Of a DNA stretch of 64,000 nt, positions 37,003-47,861 are shown one piece after another (position 1 is the stretch's first letter; the number at the start of each line of letters is the position of its first letter). Source of the DNA: an uncultured Duncaniella sp. GTDB taxonomy: Bacteria; Bacteroidota; Bacteroidia; Bacteroidales; Muribaculaceae. The notes under the pieces were generated by a model. It was not told the origin of the DNA, did not search any database, and worked only from the letters and a program-made list of their open reading frames with translations. The position numbers were made by a program, and so were the translations under genes. The stretch is taken from NCBI GenBank assembly GCA_910577255.1, contig CAJTMH010000004.1, positions 99,505-163,504 on the forward strand, given 5' to 3'.

Positions 37003-40000
37003 TTACCATTCCCTCGGGAACTTGTGCTGAACCCATGCGCCGTAATAGGTCACATTGCTTATAGTCACCTGCAATTCCCGATGGTAAATAAAGCACATGG
37101 CATCGCCGCAACTCTCGATAGTCAACGGGCTGGAATAGGTCGCGTAACTTTCGTTATCATAGATTATATAGCTGCGTCCGCTTTTGGTCTCCCATTTCAT
37201 CGTGGAGGAATTATACTCACGGCGGTAACTCCAGCCCGGTATCACCCGCACATAGTTGCCGTTGTTGGAACCACGTTTGATAAACAGGACGTGCCCGTTA
37301 TCGTAGGGCTGCATGTCCGGAAGGGTCAGTCTTATTTCGCGGGTCTTGGACTCGTAGGATTTGCTGCTGTTGGCGCGCCAGTTGAAATGGGTTGAGACAT
37401 ACACGCTGTTGACATCTCGGGCTATGGTGACGCTCTTTGTCGTCGGAACGGTCGTCTGTGTGATACTGTCGTGGCCTATGACCTGAGTTTTCAGTGCGAG
37501 GCCGGAAACGTAGCCACCGCTTATGGCTATGGCGCTGTTGTCCGCAGCTCCACGGGCACCGACAAGAAGGGCGTAGTTGTGACCCAATCCCCACCAGTCA
37601 GAATCATCGTAGTTCTCAAACCGTGCAACACCTCTCGCTCCGGAGGTCGAAGGAAGCACGTTGCCGCCTATCCCGGCGAAACATCCGTGGGCGTCGTTAC
37701 GGAAGATTATGTAGGCGTCGTTGCTGAAATCGGGGCCGTTGGTCAGACCGCTGCCGGACACGACAAATCCTCCGATGTGGGTGGTGCCGTTTGTCTCAAC
37801 ACGGAAAGAGTTGTTCATCGTCACCATGCCGTTGAAGTTGATTTTAGACGCTTGGATGGTAACGGACTCCGCACTCTGGTTTATTGCCGAGATTATGCCG
37901 TCCTTCTCTACCCGCATGGCTATCTGGGTGGAATGCACGTTGATGCTCGCCTCGGCGGTGCTGACGCGTCCGCTCAGGGCATCCACAGTCGTTTTGGTGG
38001 CGTAGATCTGACTGGCGTAGGCGGTGGTCACAAGACCGCTCGTGTTGGTCAGATTGCCGGCGCTGTCGAAGCTGCCGACCACCGTGCTGATTTTGTCCTT
38101 GTTTTGCAGGATATAGCTCACGCTGTCCTGCTGGTTGGTTATATCCTCCCACGTGTTGGAGTTGTCGTAACCGATATAACGGTAGGTGTGTCCGTCAGAG
38201 GTGTTGTGCCACGTGGCACCCACATATTTATGTTCCTGACCGCTGGGCCATGAATTCCATGGATTGCTTGCCTGATTATATACTTTTGCGTCACCGGCGC
38301 TGTTGGCAATGGCCGCGACCGCCTCGATCCTCGCCTTGGCTGTGTCGAGGTCACCCTGAACACCCGCCACTGTCGAGCTTATGGAGTCGGTCTTGACACG
38401 GAGCGCCGAGATGGCGGTCTCGTTGGCGCTTATCCGCGTAGCATAGTTTGTTATGCTTCCTTCGGCCGCATTTAGCCTGACACCGAGCCGTGTGATGTTG
38501 TCGTTAATGTTGTCAATGTAATTTGCATGGAGCGACAGGGTCGCCTCGGCCGCGTCAAGGTCTATGCCGATCTGTGTGACGGTGCCGTTGAGCTTGTCGT
38601 ATTTGTCGGCGTATATTCTTATCTGCTCCTCGGCCGCGTCAAGCTCAATGCCGAGATTGGTGACCGTGCCCTTCAGATTGTTGATATTGGTGCCAAGCAG
38701 CCTGATATTACCGGCTGTCTGAATAATCTGCGTCGAGACCTCTTTTTTGAAGTCATCGAGGGGCTTGTCTGTGACGGATAATATCGACACATACATGTCG
38801 CCGGTGTACTGAAGCACGAAATCCCCTTTGCCGTCCCATGTGCCCTGCCATTGAAGATCCTGCCACTCCATCGAGGAGGTGACAGCCACAGTTGCCGGAA
38901 CCGGGAGGGAACCGGGCTCCGATGTAGCTCCGCTCATTCCGATAGTCAGGGTACCGTCGCTTTTGGCAAAGAAGCAGATGCTCATATAAAGCGTATCTTT
39001 GACATCGACCCATTGGTCGGTCATGTCATTGTGCGCGGGAGGCACATATTCCTTATGGGTGCCGGGCTTCCGGATCAATGCGTTTGCCTGACGGATCATG
39101 CTCTTTTTTATATGCAGCACGTTGCGACCGTCAAGTTGCTCGATACCGGCTATCCTGCCGTCGGCGACATAGGTGTTGCCGTTCATCAGCAACGCTTTGC
39201 CGTTGGAGGTTATCACCTTGCCGTCGTCCTGAACGGTCCATCCGTCCATGGTCTCGTCGAAGGTGGCGTTGCGCAGGTAGTTGTCATCCTCGGTAAGCTC
39301 ATAACGGAGGTTGCTGTACCGGGTGGCGAACATCGCCTTGAGCATCTCTATCTTGGCATCAATGCTCTCGCCCGTGCGCCGCAGCCTAAAATCCCCGACG
39401 GCATATAGGTTGGTCAGCAGCTCGCCGAAGCCGTCGAGCCACCCGAAAAGGTGATGGTGTATGCCTTGAAGATTGCCGAGCCTTCCCTTCAGGTAATTGT
39501 CCGGATCGGTTTTCATTCCATAGACAATATCCATGTAAGGCGTGGCGGTGCCGACCGTGATTATTTGGATCAGACCCTTGCGGTCGGCATCGGTGGCGTT
39601 GTCAACCCTCGTGAACGTGTCGCCCTTGGATATGACATCGGCGGCAGCCCTGCCGTCTGCCGACACGAAGTTTTTTAACTCCACCCAGTCGAGACGGTCC
39701 TCGCCGTCGCTCTGGTCGCCGCAGCCTGCATCGGTGATGATAAGCTCATAGTGCTTGGTGATATAATGGTCGTTCTCGCCAGAGGGCATACCGTTATACT
39801 GCTGCACCATTATGTAGTCATCCTTGCGGAATGGATTGTAGAATTTGCCGTCATGAGTCTGGAGATAGACCCTGCCTGTCGCCGGGTCGTAATGGTCAAC
39901 CTCCATCATACCTGTGAAGATGCGGTTGTCATTCTCGCCCAGCAACTGGGATATCACCATGGTGAAAACACGGAGGGTGCCGCGTATCACTATGTCGTCG

Positions 40001-41877
40001 AACTCGGCGGTATATTTCGTTTCCGGTATGCCGAGGGCGTTCAGAACCTCACGTTTGAATATGGACCACCCTTTGCCGCCGATGAAGCCGGAGATGAAAT
40101 CCTCGCTCGATAGTTGACCCCGGAACTCGGATGCGCCGTTGACCTGCAGCTGCGCAAGCGTAGCCTTGAGCCGGGTGAGCAGTTCACCGAATATGGCGTT
40201 GCCGTCAGCATCGATCTTAGCTCCGCTCAGCCCCTCTTTGTAAGTGCCGACCTCCAGCCCGGCAAGGAACTTGATCAGCCCCGCCGCCTCGTCGTCATGA
40301 AGCCGGGAGAGCGCACGCTTGGCAATCTCCTTGATCGTGCGCAGCGCGCTCAATATGTTTGTATCAGTGAACGGTGTATTGTCACCGGTGCCTATGATAT
40401 CCGGCAACCCCGCTTTTCCGCTCTCGACATAGTTCTTGATGCCGGTTATATTATCCCGCACCTTATCGAGGGTGCGACGGCTCAATGCGTCACTGATCTC
40501 AAGATCCATCTGCGAAGGCAGATTGACCTTACGGGTTATTTTTGTAATGCGGCTGTCTCGATAACCGGGACCGGGAAAATATTTCTCGCTCTCAAGGCGC
40601 ACACGCCGACCTACCGTCAGAACGATATTGTTCTGCTCAATCCATACGTGATCTGTCGGGGCCTTATACACCGCTACGTCAAGGGCGTGGTCGGCATTAT
40701 ATTTGTTTACGGCGTCCAGCAGTTCGGCTTCAGCACGCCTGTAATATTCATCGGGCATCCTGATGTTCCAAGGAATGTACCTGTCACCGGGCTTAGGCAC
40801 CAGCGTCGTGCCCGGCAACTGTGTACCGTCATCGTATGGCCAGATGGTGATGATTTCAAACTCACGGGTAGCGCTGTCAAAATTGACCTCGAAATAATAT
40901 GTGCCGTTATCCTCGTTTCCAAGACCGGCAAGCTCGCTGCCCTCTTGAAACGACACACGCTTTACAAGACCGCCTATCTCATATTGGTTCGGATCAAACG
41001 GCAGGTTATTGTCCTTGAAATAATAAACCGTGAATTTATTGCCGTCCTCGCCGGTAAGTTCCTCACTCCTGACGCTGCTGACAGTACCCGTATAATGAGG
41101 ATATATTCCGGAGAATGCCGCTTCCTCATAATGGTCCACCCTGCTGTATTTATCGGCATTGACTTCCACATAGCGTTGACCGCCGGGAAGGCGAAGCCGG
41201 GACGAACCGTATTTTGTCTGGTCTATGTTTTTGCTGCTTCCGACCGGAAACAGCCTTGTGTAGAATTTTACATTATCAGCATCGCCGCAATCAAGGGAAG
41301 TCAGACCTTTGTCATATCCGAGTGTCAAAGGTTCCCCATGTTCGCAACGACACAAATTAACGGTGGTTCCCTCTCCCCAGTATTCCACACCGACCTTCTC
41401 GGCGAGCTCACGCAGCGCCTCGTCACAATATTTGCCCCGGTAGTCTATAACGATGTTGTCAACGCCTTCGACTATGCCCACTTTCCAGTCGTTCGTGCCG
41501 AAACCGTCATTGATGCATTTTACAATCAACGCAAGATGCTCCCTCGGGGATGCGGTAAGCGTAAACACCGGCTCGTTATCACCGTCCACGCTCTTTATCA
41601 CAAGGAAATTCTTTATAAGGCTCTCGACACCGTACATTTTCAGGTTGTAGATCCATTCGCCGGTGCTTTTCTGCTTGGGACGGTACTGCTTTGTCAGCCA
41701 ATATCGCTCCCACATGAAGTCCGCGTAATCATCGACATCAAGAGCTATATGCCGGGGCAATGTGAAGGACAGGGACAGCACATTATCCCCCTGTATCTCC
41801 TTGACCTGTGTCGATGAGTTTTCAGGGGACAGCTCCGCCTTCAGGATACCTGTTTTGTCGTATATCTTTATAAGCAT
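37003..41877 (-). CDS. large tail tip / host-specificity protein (Tal/gpJ-like)
   Basis: 1624 aa, directly after the Dit-like and tape-measure genes. Internal triple ~33-aa repeat (LGIELDAAEEQI / IGIDLDAAEATL / LGVRLNAAEGSI), as seen in fibre shafts. Confidence 0.7.
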   Translation of the reverse strand: MLIKIYDKTGILKAELSPENSSTQVKEIQGDNVLSLSFTLPRHIALDVDDYADFMWERYWLTKQYRPKQKSTGEWIYNLKMYGVESLIKNFLVIKSVDGDNEPVFTLTASPREHLALIVKCINDGFGTNDWKVGIVEGVDNIVIDYRGKYCDEALRELAEKVGVEYWGEGTTVNLCRCEHGEPLTLGYDKGLTSLDCGDADNVKFYTRLFPVGSSKNIDQTKYGSSRLRLPGGQRYVEVNADKYSRVDHYEEAAFSGIYPHYTGTVSSVRSEELTGEDGNKFTVYYFKDNNLPFDPNQYEIGGLVKRVSFQEGSELAGLGNEDNGTYYFEVNFDSATREFEIITIWPYDDGTQLPGTTLVPKPGDRYIPWNIRMPDEYYRRAEAELLDAVNKYNADHALDVAVYKAPTDHVWIEQNNIVLTVGRRVRLESEKYFPGPGYRDSRITKITRKVNLPSQMDLEISDALSRRTLDKVRDNITGIKNYVESGKAGLPDIIGTGDNTPFTDTNILSALRTIKEIAKRALSRLHDDEAAGLIKFLAGLEVGTYKEGLSGAKIDADGNAIFGELLTRLKATLAQLQVNGASEFRGQLSSEDFISGFIGGKGWSIFKREVLNALGIPETKYTAEFDDIVIRGTLRVFTMVISQLLGENDNRIFTGMMEVDHYDPATGRVYLQTHDGKFYNPFRKDDYIMVQQYNGMPSGENDHYITKHYELIITDAGCGDQSDGEDRLDWVELKNFVSADGRAAADVISKGDTFTRVDNATDADRKGLIQIITVGTATPYMDIVYGMKTDPDNYLKGRLGNLQGIHHHLFGWLDGFGELLTNLYAVGDFRLRRTGESIDAKIEMLKAMFATRYSNLRYELTEDDNYLRNATFDETMDGWTVQDDGKVITSNGKALLMNGNTYVADGRIAGIEQLDGRNVLHIKKSMIRQANALIRKPGTHKEYVPPAHNDMTDQWVDVKDTLYMSICFFAKSDGTLTIGMSGATSEPGSLPVPATVAVTSSMEWQDLQWQGTWDGKGDFVLQYTGDMYVSILSVTDKPLDDFKKEVSTQIIQTAGNIRLLGTNINNLKGTVTNLGIELDAAEEQIRIYADKYDKLNGTVTQIGIDLDAAEATLSLHANYIDNINDNITRLGVRLNAAEGSITNYATRISANETAISALRVKTDSISSTVAGVQGDLDTAKARIEAVAAIANSAGDAKVYNQASNPWNSWPSGQEHKYVGATWHNTSDGHTYRYIGYDNSNTWEDITNQQDSVSYILQNKDKISTVVGSFDSAGNLTNTSGLVTTAYASQIYATKTTVDALSGRVSTAEASINVHSTQIAMRVEKDGIISAINQSAESVTIQASKINFNGMVTMNNSFRVETNGTTHIGGFVVSGSGLTNGPDFSNDAYIIFRNDAHGCFAGIGGNVLPSTSGARGVARFENYDDSDWWGLGHNYALLVGARGAADNSAIAISGGYVSGLALKTQVIGHDSITQTTVPTTKSVTIARDVNSVYVSTHFNWRANSSKSYESKTREIRLTLPDMQPYDNGHVLFIKRGSNNGNYVRVIPGWSYRREYNSSTMKWETKSGRSYIIYDNESYATYSSPLTIESCGDAMCFIYHRELQVTISNVTYYGAWVQHKFPREW

Positions 41878-41900
41878 ATTGTAACATCGTTATAATACGG

Positions 41901-42362
41901 TTAAAAAGATGGTTCCGGCTCCTTGAATGTCACTTTGAAACGGCTTGCCTGAACCCCCTCCTTCCATAGATATGTAAGGGGCTTGTAAGATGTGCTCGAC
42001 ATATAATACATGCGCATGGTAAGACCGATGGAGGGGAAGTTAAATGAAAGCCACCCGTCGGCACCCTGCTTCAAGAACGTTATGAATGCACGATACCGGG
42101 TAAGCCATCCGGTAACCGTCGGTGCGAATATGGCGAAATGCAGGGTAACTTCACGCTCCTCGTTTTTAACATCGAGTTTGTCTGAATATTTGGTGCCGTC
42201 ATGCTCCCGTATATTCACTCCGACATGACTCTTGACCTTGGAAGGTGCCATGATGGCGGTGAGGTTCTCCCTGCCGCCGGCTTTCTCCTCGGTCAGGAAG
42301 GCTCCGAACTCACTCCAGATGTCGATGCCGTTGATTGTAACAAGTCCGTCAAGTCCACACAT
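41901..42362 (-). CDS. distal tail protein (Dit-like), by position
   Basis: 153 aa, between the tape measure and the tail tip protein. Confidence 0.5.
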   Translation of the reverse strand: MCGLDGLVTINGIDIWSEFGAFLTEEKAGGRENLTAIMAPSKVKSHVGVNIREHDGTKYSDKLDVKNEEREVTLHFAIFAPTVTGWLTRYRAFITFLKQGADGWLSFNFPSIGLTMRMYYMSSTSYKPLTYLWKEGVQASRFKVTFKEPEPSF

Positions 42363-42366
42363 AGTC

Positions 42367-45300
42367 TTATATCTTTATTCCGTCACGTATTATCTGATCA
42401 AGTTTCTCGTTGATTTCACGGGTATTCCGGGCCGTGTCCCCGGTATTTTCCTCTATTTTCGCCAAGCGGTCGAGCGCCACACCCATTTTTTGGGAGACAT
42501 CCTCCACATTCTCGTCGATGGAGACAGTGTGCATCTGTACGCTCGTGCCTATCCCTTCGAGTTTGGTGCCCTGATCCTGCGACATGGCGGTATAGACACC
42601 GGCCCTCCCGCTTTGGGACTGCGACTGGGACTCTGAGTCCGGATCGTCAGGGTGGCGTATGTCGATGCCGGCTTTGTCAAACATACCCGCGACGGTCTCA
42701 AGCAATCCTTCAAGCGTGGGGAGATTGCTTCCGTAGCGGTCGATGAGTCCCGCGGTGAGCTTGGCAACCTCGCCCATAAGCTCCTGTTCGGTCATCTTTC
42801 CTTCAGCGTATTTCTCATAAAGAGCGGATATGTCGTCACTGAAGCTCCCCACCACCTTGTCAAGGACTATCGTCCTGAGCATGTCGGTTACTATGTTCCG
42901 GAATGTGTCGGATGCATACTCCTTGAAGGAATCAAGCGCATCCTTGCCGTTGTCGAGCCAGTCCCATAAACCGTCCACGAAGTTGCCGACAAGCGGTTCA
43001 TACAGGGAACTTACATATTCGTGCAGGTTCTGAAGATACTCGTCATATTTCTCCCGAAGCTCGATGAGGGCCTCAAGAGTCTCCTTGGTCTGGCCGACAA
43101 GTTTATTGCCGTAGTTGTCAAGTATCGAACGGGCAAGCTCCTTGTCTATAAGCCCTCTATCATCAAACAGTTCGCCGAGACCGTTTTTGCGCGCCCAAGA
43201 CACAAGGTCTTCGGTTTTCTGGGAATGGCCTCCAATACCCGAACCGAGGAATCCGCTGCTCTTTTTGCGTGTCTCGATACGGAGATTATTGATTGCTGCC
43301 GTAGTGCCTTCTTTATAGCCCCCCTGTCCCCAGATGTCCCGCCACTCGTCCCACCATGACAATGCGGACAGGTTGCCCATCACCCAATTGAATGCTCCGG
43401 TGAGCCAGCCCCCGCCGCTTTGATTGCGGTATATTGCCTGCGCCTCGGCTGCCTTCTTCACATAGGCGGCATAAACCTCGTCATGATATTCACGCCAGTT
43501 TCGCAGGTTCCGCAGGCCGTCCTCGGCAAACCATGTGTCCTCCTCATGGCGGGCATCCATAACGGCTATTCGATACTGGCTCACTGCGTCAGTTAGGGCG
43601 TTGATCTCCTTTACCTTCTCAGCATAGGCTTCGTATTCCTTGAATGCCTTGTTGTTGCCAAGCTCGCTTATCTTCTGCAGTAACTGAACCGCAGTGGAAA
43701 CAAGGGCCAGAATTATCGAGGCTTTCTCGACTGCGGAGACAGCCTCCACGCCGACTTTCTGCACGGTGGCTATTCCGTCGATGGTGTCAGTGACAAAGCT
43801 CCCGATATCCATTATCAGACCCACAATCTCGCCGGCAGTACCTCCGATGGCATTGCCGACACCTTTAATGGCTTCCGTCAGCTGCGAGACGCTATCCCGG
43901 GCTTCCTTCTCTGCCTTGACAAAGTTGTTGCTCGCCCTGACATGCCGGTCCTTTGCCTCGGTGTATTTTTTCAGCGCCTCGCCCATGCTGAGATAGGTGG
44001 CTACAATAACCGGCTTGCCGTTGGCGTCAACGCCTTCGGACTTGAGACCTGTAAAGATTTTGCCTCCGTTGGTCACGGTATCGAGCTGCCGTTTGGCTGC
44101 AGCAAGCTCACGCTGGGCCACCGACAATTCCTGCGCCCTTTTAGACAAAGCACCAAACGGATCACGGCTGTCCAACTCATCCATTATCTCGCGGATTGTC
44201 GTAGTATATTCGCGCAGGTCCTGAGGGTCAAGAACCGAGGACGCTGCGGTCTTGGCTTTCTCAAGCTGTGAAAGAAGTTCGTTCAGGGTCTCGGTCGAGG
44301 TGCCGCGAAGATCCTCAAAGGCGCGGATATAATCGGGCGACTGGCGCAGCACATCGAAGTCATGCGCCATCAGTTCCTTCCCTTTGGATTTTATAGCCTC
44401 GGCCATGGAACGGTCAATCCGCGCCACAGCTTCAGCATCTCCGGCAGATTCAGCCTGTAACCGGGCTTTACGAAGCTCCGCTATCTCGGAGTTATACCGC
44501 TCCTCTATTTCTTTGCGTTGGTCGGCATAGGATTGATATTTATCCAGAAGCTCCTTATAAAGATTGTCCGTGCCGGCTTTCATGGCGGCGTCCGCGCTTT
44601 CCTGCGCCCTCGTGATCTGCTCCTGCTGCTCGGTAGTCAACCCGTATTCATTCAGCCCGACAGTTCCGGCTTCCTTATTCCGTGCGGCAAAATCATCCCG
44701 CATCTTGTCTATCTCGGCACATTGCTTCTCATAGTCAAGAGCTATCTGACGGCGGCGGCGCTCGGCACTGTCGGCCATTTGGTCGATTTCATCCTGCTCG
44801 TTCTGCCAACGGAGCTTACGCAACTCCTCCGCAGCCTTGCGGACTGCCTCCAACCGCTCATCTTTGCCGGGAACGGTCTTAGATTGGCTCTCTACAGTTG
44901 TGGCTGCCATCTGTGGAATTCTGAGTGCTGCAAGGGCGTCCTCAGTCGCCCCGATTTCTTTCTGCAGATCACCCACGCGTTTTTCAGCTTCATCAGCGGC
45001 CGCCTTTATCTGACGGTCACGCTCCTGAAGGGCAAGCCTGTTGCTTTCTGAGTTATATGTCTGCGCATCACTGACTTCATAGGTGTAAGTTTTCCACGTC
45101 CTTCCGACACCGGCAGAGGTCACGGCATAGTGATCGTGAGCGACCTCCCGTACCCCCTTCATGCCACGTGCCTTTGCATCAGCGTAACTAACCTCATCAC
45201 CTTTGGATTTGACACCGTACCGGGCATTGCGCCGGGCAAGTTCCTGCTTCTCGATCATCGTCGAGTAAGCGCCGGTGACAGCCTTGTCAAGAGCAGCCGC

Positions 45301-46545
45301 CTTGGCGCGCAGAACGAATGATTGCACCACGTTAGAGGTGTTGTTGACAAGCACAGCTTCCGCATCCTTGACATTGTTTACAGACAATCCAAGTTCCTGA
45401 AAAGCCTTCTTGTTCTCATCGACAAATTTACGCCGCTTTGACATGTCATCCCCGAGGGCTTTCCACGCGCGCTGCAGTTTATTATATGCGGCAATCTGGG
45501 AACCCGCACTTTCCCCTATCGACCGGGCGATTTCCCCGTTGATTTCCTTTGTGCGCTCCAGTTGTGCCTGACGCTCCTCCTCGGCTTTCTTTGCGGCATC
45601 GTTGCCTTTCGCAAACGCGTATAGGGCACCTACAACGGTGACTATGGCCATCGCGAGCAGCACATAGGGATTCGCCTTGGCTACAGCGTTGAATGCCGCC
45701 TGTGCGACCGTGGCCGCTTTGGTGGCGATGACACCGCGCCCTACCGCCCATGTGCGTATGGTCTCGGCAGTGGCGGCGGCGTTGGTCTGTATTGTGTTGA
45801 CTCCCTGCATGAGGGCGGACTGCCCCTGAAGATTGACTTGCATGGAGGTAAGGGCATTACTCGCCACAAGTGCCGTCTGCAGACGTGTCTGTACTTCAAT
45901 GAGGTCGGCTTCGCTGAGTCCGAGAGCCTGTGCTCCGGCGGTCGCCAGCCCGAACCCGTCAACGACAAGCTGCATACCTCCCGCCAATTGATCGAAGCCG
46001 CGAGTGTCGGATGCTGCGTTGGTGACGGCTTGGGAAGTGTCCACTATTGCATCGTTGAGCTCTCCGGCTTTCTCGGTAAGTTCATCGATATGGCGGGCAA
46101 GTTCCCGACCTTGCGCAGTCTGTTTCTCTGCATCTGTCAGGGAACGGTAAGCCAACAGCAATGTGGCTATCTCTTCGCGGACATTACGTAGCTGCATACG
46201 CAGTGACTGCCCGGCATTCTCGGATTCTGCCTTGAGTCGGCGTTGCTCTTCCTCCAATTGCCTGATGGCCGCACGTTCCCCTTCCAGTTCGCTCTTGTAG
46301 GCTTTGAGTTTAGCCTGAGCCTCCATCCAGCTTTTACCGGGTGCCGCATTTTTTAGGCTCTTTTCAAGACGGGCATATTCCTTCTCCATGCCGCTGACAT
46401 AGCTTTTCTGCAGCTTCAGGGATTCGGTGATTTCCTTGAGCTCCTTTTTGGATTCATCGGAAAAACGCGCCACTGTCTGACCGGCCTTCTTAAGACCGGG
46501 GGACAGTCCGTCCTGTAAAAATATCTCAAGCTCTACTGGCTTCAT
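42367..46545 (-). CDS. tail tape measure protein
   Basis: 1392 aa, largely alpha-helical coiled coil with central hydrophobic segments. Follows the frameshifted chaperone pair. Confidence 0.85.
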   Translation of the reverse strand: MKPVELEIFLQDGLSPGLKKAGQTVARFSDESKKELKEITESLKLQKSYVSGMEKEYARLEKSLKNAAPGKSWMEAQAKLKAYKSELEGERAAIRQLEEEQRRLKAESENAGQSLRMQLRNVREEIATLLLAYRSLTDAEKQTAQGRELARHIDELTEKAGELNDAIVDTSQAVTNAASDTRGFDQLAGGMQLVVDGFGLATAGAQALGLSEADLIEVQTRLQTALVASNALTSMQVNLQGQSALMQGVNTIQTNAAATAETIRTWAVGRGVIATKAATVAQAAFNAVAKANPYVLLAMAIVTVVGALYAFAKGNDAAKKAEEERQAQLERTKEINGEIARSIGESAGSQIAAYNKLQRAWKALGDDMSKRRKFVDENKKAFQELGLSVNNVKDAEAVLVNNTSNVVQSFVLRAKAAALDKAVTGAYSTMIEKQELARRNARYGVKSKGDEVSYADAKARGMKGVREVAHDHYAVTSAGVGRTWKTYTYEVSDAQTYNSESNRLALQERDRQIKAAADEAEKRVGDLQKEIGATEDALAALRIPQMAATTVESQSKTVPGKDERLEAVRKAAEELRKLRWQNEQDEIDQMADSAERRRRQIALDYEKQCAEIDKMRDDFAARNKEAGTVGLNEYGLTTEQQEQITRAQESADAAMKAGTDNLYKELLDKYQSYADQRKEIEERYNSEIAELRKARLQAESAGDAEAVARIDRSMAEAIKSKGKELMAHDFDVLRQSPDYIRAFEDLRGTSTETLNELLSQLEKAKTAASSVLDPQDLREYTTTIREIMDELDSRDPFGALSKRAQELSVAQRELAAAKRQLDTVTNGGKIFTGLKSEGVDANGKPVIVATYLSMGEALKKYTEAKDRHVRASNNFVKAEKEARDSVSQLTEAIKGVGNAIGGTAGEIVGLIMDIGSFVTDTIDGIATVQKVGVEAVSAVEKASIILALVSTAVQLLQKISELGNNKAFKEYEAYAEKVKEINALTDAVSQYRIAVMDARHEEDTWFAEDGLRNLRNWREYHDEVYAAYVKKAAEAQAIYRNQSGGGWLTGAFNWVMGNLSALSWWDEWRDIWGQGGYKEGTTAAINNLRIETRKKSSGFLGSGIGGHSQKTEDLVSWARKNGLGELFDDRGLIDKELARSILDNYGNKLVGQTKETLEALIELREKYDEYLQNLHEYVSSLYEPLVGNFVDGLWDWLDNGKDALDSFKEYASDTFRNIVTDMLRTIVLDKVVGSFSDDISALYEKYAEGKMTEQELMGEVAKLTAGLIDRYGSNLPTLEGLLETVAGMFDKAGIDIRHPDDPDSESQSQSQSGRAGVYTAMSQDQGTKLEGIGTSVQMHTVSIDENVEDVSQKMGVALDRLAKIEENTGDTARNTREINEKLDQIIRDGIKI

Positions 46546-46551
46546 GCTTTT

Positions 46552-46887
46552 TCAATGTTTCAGGTTGCTTTTGAAAAATCCGGCTACTTCTGCAGCCTGC
46601 TCTTCCGGAGTGGCGTTTACAATGTTATTGCCGGAAGATGATTTGGGGCTTTTGTTTGTCTTTTTGTAATGAGGAGCATCACTCAACATCATTATCAAGG
46701 TCTGATAGTTCACCTTGTTAAGGATGTAGTCAACACTCCATCCTGTGACGTCGGCGATCTGCCATATAAATCCGAAGATGCTATGGGAGCTTTCATAACC
46801 GCTCGTTAACTCATCTTCGCCTTTCGGCTCAGTCTCGGCTTCATCGGATTCGTCCGCTCGGCCAATCTGATAATATTCGTAAAAGGG
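46552..46887 (-). CDS. tail assembly chaperone, -1 frame extension (T part of a G-T fusion)
   Basis: Frame -1 relative to 46806..47294, entered at heptamer C_CCT_TTT (46887-46881). Continues YEYYQIGRADESDEAE... to the stop at 46552. Confidence 0.55.
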   Translation of the reverse strand, partial: PFYEYYQIGRADESDEAETEPKGEDELTSGYESSHSIFGFIWQIADVTGWSVDYILNKVNYQTLIMMLSDAPHYKKTNKSPKSSSGNNIVNATPEEQAAEVAGFFKSNLKH

Positions 46888-47294
46888 TCGGTACCCATGA
46901 GACTCACAAAACGATGTATGGCACCAATCTGGTAACGATGCTCCACACAGTTGCGGATAAACCATGAGACCGGGCGCAGGAACCGGCGCCGAATGGGACC
47001 GACACAGATGGCACATGCTATCATGTGACATATTTTGGCTCCGTGGTCGGCGATGAACCGCATCTGCTCCTCGCTGTTGAAAGCCGCCATCTGCGCCGCC
47101 GTCACACCCATTGACAGATATGTCCGGGCAAAATCTATCTGCCCGGACATGTAAGGTCGTTTGAGGGTGACACGAAGCACGACTGGGCGTTTACGGAACG
47201 GCACCTTGAATCCCTTTAGCGGAATTGATATTCCACGGTTCAACAGCGCGTCGGCAGCTTCGCACTGTATCGCCCTTGCCGTAGCTTCATCCAT
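46806..47294 (-). CDS. tail assembly chaperone (G-like)
   Basis: 162 aa, located between the major tail and tape measure genes. The stop lies 24 codons after the slippery heptamer. Confidence 0.6.
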   Translation of the reverse strand: MDEATARAIQCEAADALLNRGISIPLKGFKVPFRKRPVVLRVTLKRPYMSGQIDFARTYLSMGVTAAQMAAFNSEEQMRFIADHGAKICHMIACAICVGPIRRRFLRPVSWFIRNCVEHRYQIGAIHRFVSLMGTDPFTNIIRLAERTNPMKPRLSRKAKMS

Positions 47295-47306
47295 GCTCTG
47301 TCAGGA

Positions 47307-47861
47307 TTAGGAGCCGGCTGCGGCTTCGGTCTCTTCGGGAAGGAGCCATCCGTTGTCGGCGCTCCATTCTGTCGGTAATTCCGTGCTTTCGAACACTCCG
47401 TAAGGGGGGACCTTGTCGGCCACAGGCGCCGCCACCTTCAGTTCTACTTCAATCTTTGCGGTCTCGGTGAGGGTGAGCTTGCCGCCGAGATCCGACAGCA
47501 GCGTGGCGTTGGGGATAAGTACGGACTGGCCGGAAACAAGTTCAAGCTCCCACGGCCCTTCCATCACTATGATTTTTCTCGGGGCGGTCCAGCCTGTCAC
47601 TTTCTCTCCCTTTTTATGGAGAGAACCGCCAAGGAGCTGTTGAAGACTCTCGAAATTCAACTGGATCATGTCGAACTTGGGTCCGATCTTACCGTTTGAC
47701 TGAGGTATCACAAGAACCGGCGCACCCGGGACCTGCTCCGCATCTATCTCGGCAGACTCGGGCTTCGTACCGCCCATGTCGAAACTGTTTTTGGCTATAT
47801 AGCCGACTTTCTTGTTTTTATATTTTACGGCACCTATGCCGTACATGAAGTCTTTGTTCAT
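47307..47861 (-). CDS. major tail (tube) protein, by position
   Basis: 184 aa, beta-rich, immediately upstream of the chaperone pair. Confidence 0.55.
   Translation of the reverse strand: MNKDFMYGIGAVKYKNKKVGYIAKNSFDMGGTKPESAEIDAEQVPGAPVLVIPQSNGKIGPKFDMIQLNFESLQQLLGGSLHKKGEKVTGWTAPRKIIVMEGPWELELVSGQSVLIPNATLLSDLGGKLTLTETAKIEVELKVAAPVADKVPPYGVFESTELPTEWSADNGWLLPEETEAAAGS

Noticed and set aside
40114-41817. 567-aa + strand ORF
   Set aside because: It lies entirely antisense within the 1624-aa tail protein gene. It has no motifs, and the minus-strand frame has coherent phage tail features and operon context.
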